Of a DNA stretch of 64,000 nucleotides, positions 8,631 to 17,385 are shown piece by piece; the stretch's first letter is position 1, and the number at the start of each line of letters is the position of its first letter. Position numbers and translations under genes: made by a program. Source of the DNA: Actinomycetota bacterium (GTDB lineage Bacteria > Actinomycetota > UBA4738 > HRBIN12); NCBI GenBank assembly GCA_036556805.1, contig DATBIS010000026.1, positions 31,382 through 95,381 on the forward strand, read 5' to 3'. A model generated the notes under the pieces. It was not told where the DNA came from, did not search any database, and saw only the letters and a list, made by a program, of their open reading frames with translations.

Positions 8631-9376
8631 CTCAGATCGAGGACGCGGAACTCCTCGGCGAGGCCCACGCCGATGCGCTCCCCGGCGACCTTCGCCTCGG
8701 CGCGCATCCACTCGTCCCACAGACGGATGCCCTCGGTGATCTGACTCACGTGTTCGCCGAGTGCGGCGACCTTCGCATCGAAGTGATCCGTGACGTCCTC
8801 GAGGTGGTTCGGCTCGTTCGTCCAGCCGAGCCAGACGTCGTGCACCTCGCGCACCTCGAGCCCTTCGGCGAGGTGCTCCGAGAAGAAGTGCGGGTTGCCG
8901 CTGCCGGGAAAGACCGCGTCGAGCGCGATCGCGCCGGCCGTGCGGTGATCCGAGTGGTTGTACGCGGTCTTCGGCTCCTTCCCGTCCTCGGCGGGGACCT
9001 GGACGAACACCGCCGTGGGATCGCACGACACGACCGTCTCCGCGCGCACCTCGCGGATCCGGCGCACGACGGCCTCCCGCGCCGCCGGCGAGTTCTCGAG
9101 CTCGCCGTCGTGCACGTCGAGCGAACGAGCGCTCGACAGCCCGAGCTTCGCCGCGGCGGCCTCGGTCTCCGTCCGGCGGGTCGCCGCGAGCGCCGCTCGA
9201 TCGATCGCGGGGTCGCTCGAGCCGCGGTCGCCGTTCGTGAGGATGAGCAGGTGAACCTCCCGGCCGGCCGCGATCCATTTCGCGAGGGTTCCGCCCGCGC
9301 AGATCTCCGCGTCGTCGGGATGCGCGAACACGGCGAGCACCGGGCCCGACCCGGAAGCGGCCTCGACGTCGGTCAC
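8627..9376 (-). CDS. PIG-L/LmbE-family N-acetylglucosaminyl deacetylase
   Basis: C-terminal 249 aa of ORF 8627..9634. Motifs: VFAHPDDAEICAGG, NHSDH. The GTG at 9376 overlaps the pepA stop (GTGA). Confidence 0.8.
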   Translation of the reverse strand: MTDVEAASGSGPVLAVFAHPDDAEICAGGTLAKWIAAGREVHLLILTNGDRGSSDPAIDRAALAATRRTETEAAAAKLGLSSARSLDVHDGELENSPAAREAVVRRIREVRAETVVSCDPTAVFVQVPAEDGKEPKTAYNHSDHRTAGAIALDAVFPGSGNPHFFSEHLAEGLEVREVHDVWLGWTNEPNHLEDVTDHFDAKVAALGEHVSQITEGIRLWDEWMRAEAKVAGERIGVGLAEEFRVLDLS

Positions 9377-10851
9377 GTCGTCGCAGCGGCCTCGTCGGCC
9401 CGATCGAGCACGTAGCGCACGAGCGACCGCACCGGCACGCCGGTCGCACCCTTCGGGCCGAGGTCGTTTCCGTTCTCCGAGAACGCCGTGCCGGCGATGT
9501 CGAGGTGCACCCACGGCGTGTCCCCGACGAACTCCGACAGGAACAGCGCCGCCGTGATCGCGCCGCCGTAGCGGTTGCCGATGTTCTTCACGTCGGCGAT
9601 CGGGGAGTCGATCTGCTTCCGATAGCCCTTCCACAGCGGCATCTGCCAGTACGGCTCACCGACGGCATCGCCCGCCGCGCGCAGGTCCTCGACGACGCCG
9701 TCGTCGTTGCCGAACGCCCCGCTGATCTCGTCGCCGAGCGCCACCATGCACGCGCCGGTGAGCGTCGCCGTGTCGATGATCACCTGCGGCTTCTGTTCCG
9801 CGAGGTACGCGAGGGCGTCGGCGAGGATGAGGCGCCCCTCCGCGTCGGTGTTCAGGACCTCGGACGTCTTGCCGCCGCGGTGCGTGAGCACGTCGCCCGG
9901 CTTGGTCGCGGAGCCGCTGGGCATGTTCTCGGACGAGGGGATCGCCGCGATCACGTCGATCTTCGGCTTCAGCCGCGCGATCGCCTTCATCGTCGCGAGG
10001 ATCGAGGCCGCGCCGCCCATGTCATCCTTCATCGTCTCCATGCCCTTGGCGTCCTTGATGGACAGCCCGCCCGAGTCGAACGCGACGCCCTTGCCGGTGA
10101 GCGCGATCGGCCGGCCGTTGCCGGCGCCCCGGTACTCCAGCTCGATGAGGCGCGGCGGGTTCACGCTCCCCTGGCCGACTCCGAGGATGCCGCCGAATCC
10201 GCCCCGCTTGAGCTCGGCCTCGCTCCACACCTTGCAGCGCAGACCGACCTCGTTCGCCATCTGCTGCGCCTCGCGCGCGATCTCCGCCGGCGGCATGTCG
10301 CCGGCGGGCGTGTTCACGAGGTCGCGCGCCCACCGGACGGCATCCGCGACGATCGAACCGCGGCGCACCGCCGCGCGGCCCGACTTCGCGTCGCCGCCCA
10401 GCACGATGATCTTCGAGAACCCCTTCGCCTCCGGCTTCTTCGTCTTGTAGCGCTCGAAACGGTACGAGCCGAGCGCGAGGGCCTCGGCGGCGGCCTGCAC
10501 GGCGTCGGGGTTCGAGTCGAGCGCGAGCGGGAACGCGGTCGCGACGGATCCGAACCGCGCGAGCGACCCGGCCACCCGGCCGAGCGACCGGCGAAGCGCG
10601 GCGACATCGAACTCCTTGCGATCGCCCACCCCGACGAGGAGGACTGCGCCGGAGGCGAACTTGTCACCGCTTCGCCGCGGCACGAGCAGGTTCTCGCCCC
10701 TTTTGCCCTTGAGCTTCGAGGCGGCGTAGGTGCGATCGAGCCCCGCCTCCCTGACGCCCGGCCCCGGCGTCGGTCCCTGAAAGACCGGCAGCACGAGCAC
10801 GTCGGCCTTGACCTTGGTGGGCGAGTCGGCGGCGAACGAGAACTGAACCAC
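9373..10851 (-). CDS. pepA: Leucyl aminopeptidase (M17)
   Basis: ORF 9373..10851. M17 signature NTDAEGRLILADAL, plus VAFDSGGLSIK and GAASILATMKAIA. Confidence 0.92.
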   Translation of the reverse strand: MVQFSFAADSPTKVKADVLVLPVFQGPTPGPGVREAGLDRTYAASKLKGKRGENLLVPRRSGDKFASGAVLLVGVGDRKEFDVAALRRSLGRVAGSLARFGSVATAFPLALDSNPDAVQAAAEALALGSYRFERYKTKKPEAKGFSKIIVLGGDAKSGRAAVRRGSIVADAVRWARDLVNTPAGDMPPAEIAREAQQMANEVGLRCKVWSEAELKRGGFGGILGVGQGSVNPPRLIELEYRGAGNGRPIALTGKGVAFDSGGLSIKDAKGMETMKDDMGGAASILATMKAIARLKPKIDVIAAIPSSENMPSGSATKPGDVLTHRGGKTSEVLNTDAEGRLILADALAYLAEQKPQVIIDTATLTGACMVALGDEISGAFGNDDGVVEDLRAAGDAVGEPYWQMPLWKGYRKQIDSPIADVKNIGNRYGGAITAALFLSEFVGDTPWVHLDIAGTAFSENGNDLGPKGATGVPVRSLVRYVLDRADEAAATT

Positions 10852-10933
10852 GTCGAAGCTCCTTTGATCGCGCGAGGTCCTTGCAGTCTATCGGCCCGGT
10901 CCCGCGGGCTGTCCGCTGAGTAGGCTGGGCGCC

Positions 10934-11269
10934 GTGAAGAGGCGCAACCTCACGGACCTCGTGCACTTCTCCGAGGACGACGTGCGGCGCGAGGTGCTGT
11001 TCGATTCGGACCGGTTCTTCTCGCAGGTCGCCTGCCTGCAGGGCAACCAGATGATGGGGCCGATCTCGGATCCCACGGCGGAGGCGATGGTGACGGTGCT
11101 CACCGGCGAGGTCGCCGCCCAGGTCGACAAGGGCCGCGCTCGCATGAAGCAATGGGAGACCGTCCTGGTGCCGGCCGGATCCGAGCTCACGCTGCGCAAC
11201 GCCTCGGCCGAGCCCTCGGTCGTGCTGCTCGTGATCGCGCCGCCGCCCAGCGACGGCGACGCCGCCTGA
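10934..11269 (+). CDS. Cupin-domain protein
   Basis: ORF 10934..11269 (GTG start). Small beta-barrel-like sequence (VTVLTGEVAAQVDKGRARMKQWETVLVPAGSELTLRN). Confidence 0.6.
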   Translation: MKRRNLTDLVHFSEDDVRREVLFDSDRFFSQVACLQGNQMMGPISDPTAEAMVTVLTGEVAAQVDKGRARMKQWETVLVPAGSELTLRNASAEPSVVLLVIAPPPSDGDAA

Positions 11270-12655
11270 TCAGCGGCGCCGCAAGACGACGAGCGACAGA
11301 AGGAACGCCACCGCGAACGCGGGCGCGCTGCCGCCCAACGCCGACCCACCGATGAGCGGGAACGGCAGGTGCAGGCCGTCGAAGAAGCGTCCGACCGCGT
11401 CGGTCCAGCCGGCGGGGCCCGTCGGCAGGCACCACTGGTACGTCACGAAGCCGGTCACCCACGGCGCGAGGGCTCGGGCGCGAAGCCCGGGCCGCGCGTC
11501 CTCGAACAGGTCTCGTTCGGTCGTGCGCCCGCGACGCAGGACGAAGTAGTCGGCGGCGAACACGCCGAACAGCGGCACGAACACCGAGCCGATCAGGAAC
11601 AGGAAGTACTCGAACGTCGACGCGGACCGCTCGATGAGCGTCGCGAGCACGAGGCCGACCGCGCCGACCGCGACGATGAGCCAGCGCTGTGAGAGCTGCG
11701 GCCGCACGTTCTGGATCGAGACCGCCGAGGAGTAGATGTTCGCCATCGCCTGGTCGCTCTCGCCGACGAGCAGCACCACGAGCACGACCGCACCGCCCGC
11801 GAGCGCGGCGATCTTCGTGCCGATGTCGAGCACGTCGGGCGCCGAGCCGGCCGCGAGCACCATGAGCGCGCCGAGCGCGTAGAACCAGACGTTGCCGGCC
11901 GCGTACCCCCAGTAGGTGCCCGCGAACGATCGGCTCCCTCGCTTCGCGAAGCGGTTGAAGTCGGCGACGAGCGGCAGCCACGAGATCGGCATCGCGATCA
12001 CGAGGTCGACGGCCGCCCAGAACGGCAGCCCGCCCGCCCCACGCTCCCGCCAGATCGCGCCGAGCTCGCCCGCGGACGCGACGCGGATCGTGATCCAGAC
12101 GCCGGCGGCGAGCACCACCCAGAACCCGAACCGCTCCAGCCAGCGGCGCACCACCAGCACCGGACCCCCCAGCGCGAGGGCCGTGCAGACGACCGCGACG
12201 ACGACGATCCAGAACCGGTACGAGTCGAAGCCCAGCAGGTCCTTGCCGACGGCGTTCGCGACGAGCCCCATCGCCCAGAACTCGAACGCGGTCCATCCCA
12301 CGAGCTGCACGAGGTTCACGAACGACGGGAGGAACGAGCCGCGCAGGCCGAGCACCGGTCTGAACAGCACCATGCCCGGCACCCCCTCGCGCGCGCCGGC
12401 GAGACCGACGAGCGCGAGCGGCACGCAGCCGATCACGGAACCGACCACGATCGCGAGCAGCGCGGTTCGCGTGCCGAGCGCCGGTACGAGCAGAGCACCC
12501 GTCACGAGCACGAGCAGCCCGATCGAGAGGTCGCCCCAGAGCACCGCGAGGTCGCGACCGCTGAGCCGACGGAGCTCGTCGGGGACGGGGCGGATGCCCC
12601 ACGCCGGCGCCTCGCGCGCGATGACCGTTTCCAGGCGCTCCGTGACGCTCGCCAT
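11270..12655 (-). CDS. NCS1 (purine-cytosine permease) family transporter, probably thiamine-precursor (HMP/CytX-like) uptake
   Basis: ORF 11270..12655. 12-TM permease resembling the CodB/CytX family. The functional call rests on the TPP riboswitch immediately upstream. Confidence 0.85.
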   Translation of the reverse strand: MASVTERLETVIAREAPAWGIRPVPDELRRLSGRDLAVLWGDLSIGLLVLVTGALLVPALGTRTALLAIVVGSVIGCVPLALVGLAGAREGVPGMVLFRPVLGLRGSFLPSFVNLVQLVGWTAFEFWAMGLVANAVGKDLLGFDSYRFWIVVVAVVCTALALGGPVLVVRRWLERFGFWVVLAAGVWITIRVASAGELGAIWRERGAGGLPFWAAVDLVIAMPISWLPLVADFNRFAKRGSRSFAGTYWGYAAGNVWFYALGALMVLAAGSAPDVLDIGTKIAALAGGAVVLVVLLVGESDQAMANIYSSAVSIQNVRPQLSQRWLIVAVGAVGLVLATLIERSASTFEYFLFLIGSVFVPLFGVFAADYFVLRRGRTTERDLFEDARPGLRARALAPWVTGFVTYQWCLPTGPAGWTDAVGRFFDGLHLPFPLIGGSALGGSAPAFAVAFLLSLVVLRRR

Positions 12656-12657
12656 CT

Positions 12658-12752
12658 CGCTCCCTCCGCCGGTACGAGCCGGATCAGGTTCGAAGGGTCG
12701 CCGGCCCGCGCCGGCCTCTCAGCCCGTTGCGACGGGCTCCCCTGCTGCGTGC
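12658..12752 (-). promoter_or_regulatory. TPP (THI-box) riboswitch
   Basis: Minus-strand RNA: ACGCAGCAGGGGAGCCCGUCGCAACGGGCUGAGAGGCCGGCGCGGGCCGGCGACCCUUCGAACCUGAUCCGGCUCGUACCGGCGGAGGGA. It contains the conserved GGGGxGC, CUGAGA, ACCCUUxGAACCUGAUCxGG and GGGA blocks in canonical order. GGAGGGAG (a likely SD) sits at the aptamer 3' end, 5 nt before the permease ATG. Confidence 0.85.
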
Positions 12753-12786
12753 CACTGTACGCCGCCGCGCTACGACCGGGCGGGCC

Positions 12787-13227
12787 CTAGGGCTCGGCGG
12801 CGAGCGCGGCCGCGAGGTCGCGCAGCGCCCTTCCCATGAGCGCGCGCATGAACGGCCGGTACACGAGCAGCGCGAGCTCGCCGAGCGCGGGGATCGGAAG
12901 CGAGAGGATCTCGGCCCACCGGAACCGCGTCTGGTCGCCGACCTGCTCGAACGTCCACACGCCGTCGCCCCGCACGAACCCGCGGTGCGCGACCACCAGC
13001 CGTTCGGGCGGACGCCACTCGGTGACCTCGAGCACCTCGGTGAACGCCGGCACGCCCAAGACGAGCGTCTTCACCGCCAGCCGCACGCCGATCCCCTCGC
13101 GTTCGGCCGAGAGCACGCGCACCGATGCGGCGTCGCGCATCCACTCGGCCTGGCGCTCCCAGTCCGTGAGCACGCGCCAGCACGTCGAGGGCGAGACCGC
13201 GAACAGCGCCTCCGACTCGACCCGCAC
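12787..13227 (-). CDS. SRPBCC-family protein
   Basis: ORF 12787..13227 (GTG start). START/polyketide-cyclase-like sequence (VSPSTCWRVLTDWERQAEWMRDA...). Confidence 0.7.
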   Translation of the reverse strand: MRVESEALFAVSPSTCWRVLTDWERQAEWMRDAASVRVLSAEREGIGVRLAVKTLVLGVPAFTEVLEVTEWRPPERLVVAHRGFVRGDGVWTFEQVGDQTRFRWAEILSLPIPALGELALLVYRPFMRALMGRALRDLAAALAAEP

Positions 13228-13330
13228 GACGTCCTCCCTCTCGCAACAGGCAAGTGTAGGGAGCAGCCTCCGCCCGGCGCGCTCGCGAGGTTACGCTTGC
13301 CCCCGCCGGCAACACGAAGCGAGGGGCACG

Positions 13331-14581
13331 GTGGGTGAGACGGGGCGCGGGGCGGCGGTCGCGGCGGCGCTCGTGACCGCCGAAGGGCCGTTGCCCTTGC
13401 GCGGCGCCGCCGCGGCCGCCGCCAACCTGACCCACGCCGGGCTCGCGTGGGACGACGAGGGCACGATCGTCTTCGTCGGCCCCGCCGAGGACCTTCCCTG
13501 GCCGGCCCGCGTGGGCTCGCCCGACATCGGCTGCCTGACACCGGGTTTCGTCGACTGTCACGTACACCTGCCGTTCTTCGGGTGGCGTGCGGACGAGTTC
13601 GAGGCGCGCGCGAAGGGCGTCTCGTACCGCGACCTTCACGGCGAGGAGGGCGGCATCTTCCGGAGCTCGCGGATGCTCGCCGAAGCCTCCGATAACGACG
13701 TGCTCGCGTTCTGCGAGCCGCTCCTGGCGGAGATGGCCGCCCACGGCACGACCGCGCTCGAGCTGAAGACCGGCTACGGGCTCTCGGTCGAAGGGGAGCT
13801 CCGGCAGGCGAGGCTCGCGCGGCTCCTCGCGGGCCGCGTGCCGCAGACGTGCAGGGTGACGCTGCTCGCCTGTCACGCGGTGCCCAAAGACGTGAACCGC
13901 TCCGACTGGGTGCGGCAGGCGTGCGACGAGCTCATCCCGGAGGCGGCGCGCCAGGGCCTCGCGGACGCCGTCGACGTCTACGTCGAAGACATCGCCTTCT
14001 CGATTGATGACCTCGCGCGCGTCGGCGATGCCGCAAACGCCGCAGGGCTCCCGTTGCGCGTGCACGCCGATCAGCTCGGCGGATCGGGCGCGGCCGAGGC
14101 CTCCGTCGCGCTCGGCGCGCGGAGCGCCGATCACCTCAACCACGTGAGCGAACAAGGTGTGCGAGCGCTGGGCGCCGCCGACGCCACCGCGGCCGTGCTG
14201 CTGCCCGCGTCGACCTTCATGCTGCGGGCTCAGCCGTCACCGGTCGCGTCCCTGATCGAGGCCGGCGCGGCCGTCGCGATCGCGACCGACTTCAACCCGG
14301 GCACGTCGCCCGTGCTCTCGATGCCGGAGGCCCTCGCGATGGCCTGCACCGTCTACGCGATGGAGCCGCTCGCCGCGCTCGCGGCCGCCACGGCGAACGC
14401 CGCGTGGGTGCTGGGGCTCGGCGAGACCCACGGGACGCTCGAGGTTGGGAAGCGCGCGGACTTCGTGCTGCTCGAGGAGCCCGCGTTCGCGCAGGTCCCG
14501 TATCGGCCCGGCCACAACCCGGTCGTCGCGACGTTCGTCGGCGGGCGGCAGGTGGCGGGTCGCGGCCGTACTAGTCCATGA
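13331..14581 (+). CDS. hutI: Imidazolonepropionase
   Basis: In frame with ORF 12836..14581; GTG at 13331. Amidohydrolase HxH (GFVDCHVHL), HADQL, ATDFNPGTSP. The portion upstream of 13331 overlaps the SRPBCC gene antisense. Confidence 0.9.
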   Translation: MGETGRGAAVAAALVTAEGPLPLRGAAAAAANLTHAGLAWDDEGTIVFVGPAEDLPWPARVGSPDIGCLTPGFVDCHVHLPFFGWRADEFEARAKGVSYRDLHGEEGGIFRSSRMLAEASDNDVLAFCEPLLAEMAAHGTTALELKTGYGLSVEGELRQARLARLLAGRVPQTCRVTLLACHAVPKDVNRSDWVRQACDELIPEAARQGLADAVDVYVEDIAFSIDDLARVGDAANAAGLPLRVHADQLGGSGAAEASVALGARSADHLNHVSEQGVRALGAADATAAVLLPASTFMLRAQPSPVASLIEAGAAVAIATDFNPGTSPVLSMPEALAMACTVYAMEPLAALAAATANAAWVLGLGETHGTLEVGKRADFVLLEEPAFAQVPYRPGHNPVVATFVGGRQVAGRGRTSP

Positions 14582-14585
14582 TGGA

Positions 14586-16118
14586 CTAGTCCAGATCCCT
14601 CAGGATCCTGTCCAGTCGCGTTGGCAGCTCGTGGTCGCGCATCAGCTCGACCATCGCGTCGATATCGGGCCCGAGCTCGCGGTCTTCGGTCAAGAACGGC
14701 ACGCGTGAACGGATCACGTCTCGCGCCGCTGCGGTGGGCGGCCCGGGCTCGAGGGGCGAGCGGAGATCCAGCGCTTGCGCTGCCGCGAGCGCCTCCATCG
14801 CAAGCACGAGCTCGGTGCACCGCACGATCTCGCGAAGGTGTCGCGCCGCGGTCATCCCCATGCTCACGTGGTCTTCCTGTCCGGCGGAAGATGGGATGGA
14901 GTCGACCGACGCGGGATGCGCGAGCGTCTTGCATTCCGACACGAGTGATGCCGCCGTGTACTGCATCAGCATGAACCCGGAGTTCAGCCCGCTCCCCTCG
15001 ACGAGGAACGCGGGGAGGCCGTTCGAGAGCGTCGGATCCAGCATCCGGTACAGGCGGCGTTCCGAGATGCTCGCGAGCCCGACCGTTGCGAGTGCGAGCG
15101 CGTCGAGCGCGACGGCCACCGGCTGGCCGTGGAAGTTGCCCCCGGAACGAACCTCCTCGTCCTCCGGCAGCACGATGGGGTTGTCGCTCACGGCGTTCAG
15201 CTCGGTCGTCAGCACCGTGAGCGCGTGCTCGACCATGTCGCGCGTGGCGCCGTGCACCTGCGGCGCGCAGCGCAACGAGTACGCGTCCTGCACGAGGTGC
15301 GGGCTGTCGCGATGGCTCGCGAGGATCGGCGAGCCGTCGAGCAGCGCGCGCAAGTTCGCGGCGCTCGCGGCCTGACCGGCGTGCGGCCGCAGTCGCTGCA
15401 GTCGTTCGTCGAACGGCGCGTCGGTGCCGAGCAGGGCCTCGATCGTCATCGCGGCGACGAGGTCGGCCGCCTTGAGGAGGTCCGTAAGCTTCAGAGCCGC
15501 AAGCAGGCCGATGGCGAGCATGCCCTGCGTGCCGTTCACGAGCGCGAGACCCTCCTTGGCTTCGAGCCTGAGCGGTTCGAAGCCCGCCGCGGCGAGCGCA
15601 GGCCCAGCCGGAATGGTGATGCCGGCATCGCCCTCGAGGAGCGCACCGCCGCCGATCAGCGGCAGCGCGAGACACGCGAGCGGGGCGAGATCGCCGGAAG
15701 CTCCCAGCGACCCCTGCTCGGGAACGGCCGGGATCAGGTCGCGGTTCAGCATGTCCACCATGCGCTCGATGACGACGGGCCGCACGCCCGAATGACCGAG
15801 CGCGAGCACGTGCGCGCGCAGCAGCAGCATCGCGCGCGCCTCCCTGCGTGAAAGCGGTCGGCCGACGGCCGTCGCATGCGATCGCACGATCCGGTGCTGG
15901 AGCTCCGCGGCCTCGTCCGGCTCGATGCGCGTGTCGGCGAGCGCACCGAACCCGGTCGTGATGCCGTACACGGTGCGTCCCTCGGCCACCACGCGTTCGA
16001 CGACCTCGCGCGCGGCACGCACGCGCGCGGCTGCCTCCTGCGGAAACACGACCTCCGTGCCGCCCGCGACCGACGCCACGTCCTCCGGCGAGAGTCGTTC
16101 CCCGATCTGGATCGGCAC
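14586..16118 (-). CDS. hutH: Histidine ammonia-lyase
   Basis: C-terminal 510 aa of ORF 14586..16322; GTG at 16118 (VPIQIGERLSPEDV). MIO-forming ASG in GSLGASGDLAPL. Also YGITTGFG and NFHGQP. Confidence 0.92.
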   Translation of the reverse strand: MPIQIGERLSPEDVASVAGGTEVVFPQEAAARVRAAREVVERVVAEGRTVYGITTGFGALADTRIEPDEAAELQHRIVRSHATAVGRPLSRREARAMLLLRAHVLALGHSGVRPVVIERMVDMLNRDLIPAVPEQGSLGASGDLAPLACLALPLIGGGALLEGDAGITIPAGPALAAAGFEPLRLEAKEGLALVNGTQGMLAIGLLAALKLTDLLKAADLVAAMTIEALLGTDAPFDERLQRLRPHAGQAASAANLRALLDGSPILASHRDSPHLVQDAYSLRCAPQVHGATRDMVEHALTVLTTELNAVSDNPIVLPEDEEVRSGGNFHGQPVAVALDALALATVGLASISERRLYRMLDPTLSNGLPAFLVEGSGLNSGFMLMQYTAASLVSECKTLAHPASVDSIPSSAGQEDHVSMGMTAARHLREIVRCTELVLAMEALAAAQALDLRSPLEPGPPTAAARDVIRSRVPFLTEDRELGPDIDAMVELMRDHELPTRLDRILRDLD

Positions 16119-16129
16119 GGGCGCTAAGG

Positions 16130-16684
16130 CTACTCGGTCGAGGACTCTTGCTTCCCGCCGGGCGCGAACGACTCGAACACGACGAGGCCGTGCCCATAGG
16201 CGGGGTGCACCGTGTCGAGCCACCGGTGCATCCCGAGCTTCTCCGCCACGCGGATCGAAGCCGTGTTGTCCGGATGGATGACCGAGACGATCCGGTCGAG
16301 CCCGAGCTCCTCGAACGACCAACGCAGGACCTCGGTCGCGGCCTCGGTGGCGAGTCCCTGCCCCCAGACATCACGCGCGAGCCGCCACCCGATCTCCACC
16401 GACGGCATGACCTCCGGGAGGAACACGGGATCCTCCACGCCCACGAAGCCGATGAACGAGCCGGTGGTTCGAAGCTCCGTCGCGAACAACCCGTAGCCGC
16501 GCTCGGCCCAATGGTCCCGCATGTGCGCGAACCGCTCGAGCGAGTCCTCTCGCGTGTACCCGTTGCCGCCCCGAAGGAACCGCGTGACCTCGGCGTCGTC
16601 GTTCAACGCGACGAACGGTTCGAGGTCCTCGTCGCGCCATTCCCGCAAGAGAAGCCTCGACGTCTGCAGGCGGGGCGGCCTCAT
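16130..16684 (-). CDS. GNAT-family N-acetyltransferase (RimJ/RimL-like)
   Basis: C-terminal 184 aa of ORF 16130..17047. The ATG at 16684 overlaps the upstream stop (ATGA). Sequence: LQTSRLLLREWRDEDLEPFVALNDD..., GWRLARDVWGQGLATEA. Confidence 0.8.
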   Translation of the reverse strand: MRPPRLQTSRLLLREWRDEDLEPFVALNDDAEVTRFLRGGNGYTREDSLERFAHMRDHWAERGYGLFATELRTTGSFIGFVGVEDPVFLPEVMPSVEIGWRLARDVWGQGLATEAATEVLRWSFEELGLDRIVSVIHPDNTASIRVAEKLGMHRWLDTVHPAYGHGLVVFESFAPGGKQESSTE

Positions 16685-17385
16685 CGAAGGAGCCGGGTCG
16701 TCACCGGCTCCTCGATCGACCCGCCGTCGTCGTCGGTCGTGACGCGGTACACGGTGGCGCCCTGCTTCGAGGCGATCGCCTCCGTGAACGTCTCGCCGGT
16801 GAAGTGCACCGCCGCGTAGTCGTCGGCGGCGTACCCCGGTGGCAGCTCGCCCGAGGCAACCTGCCGACGGTACTCGGGCCGACGCGACTCCTCGCCGTCG
16901 TAGTGCGGACAGAAGCTGCCGGGAAGGAACGCGAGGCCGTCGCGCAGCGGGTCGGCGCGACCGATCAGGTAGGAGTCGGTCGTGCTCGCCTCGAACCAGC
17001 AGTTGCCGCCGGCGGAGATGCCGCAGCACACCACGCCCGCCTCCCACGCGCGACGGAGGGCGGCGTCGACGCCGTGGATGCGCCAGATCGCGAGCATGTT
17101 CGCGGTGTTGCCGCCGCCGACGTAGATCACGTCCTGCTCGCCGAGGAACGCGTCGACGTCGGCGACGGTTCGCGCGAACAGATCCAGGTACGTCGGTTCG
17201 AACCGCGACGCCGGGAACGCGTTGAGGAAACGCGTGACGTAGAGCGGCAACGCCTGCGACGCGGTGGGGAGCAGGCAGATCTTCGGGCGTGGCGAGTCGA
17301 CGAGGTCAAGGACGTAGCGATCGAGCAGCGGGTCCTCCATCGAGAACCCGCCGCCGCCCATCGCGACGATGTGGCGCTCGGTCAC
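16681..17385 (-). CDS. Peptidase S51 family (dipeptidase E-like)
   Basis: ORF 16681..17385. [13 protein letters not shown] and the nucleophile-elbow-like [10 protein letters not shown]. The GTG overlaps the hutU stop (GTGA). Confidence 0.8.
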   Translation of the reverse strand: MTERHIVAMGGGGFSMEDPLLDRYVLDLVDSPRPKICLLPTASQALPLYVTRFLNAFPASRFEPTYLDLFARTVADVDAFLGEQDVIYVGGGNTANMLAIWRIHGVDAALRRAWEAGVVCCGISAGGNCWFEASTTDSYLIGRADPLRDGLAFLPGSFCPHYDGEESRRPEYRRQVASGELPPGYAADDYAAVHFTGETFTEAIASKQGATVYRVTTDDDGGSIEEPVTTRLLR

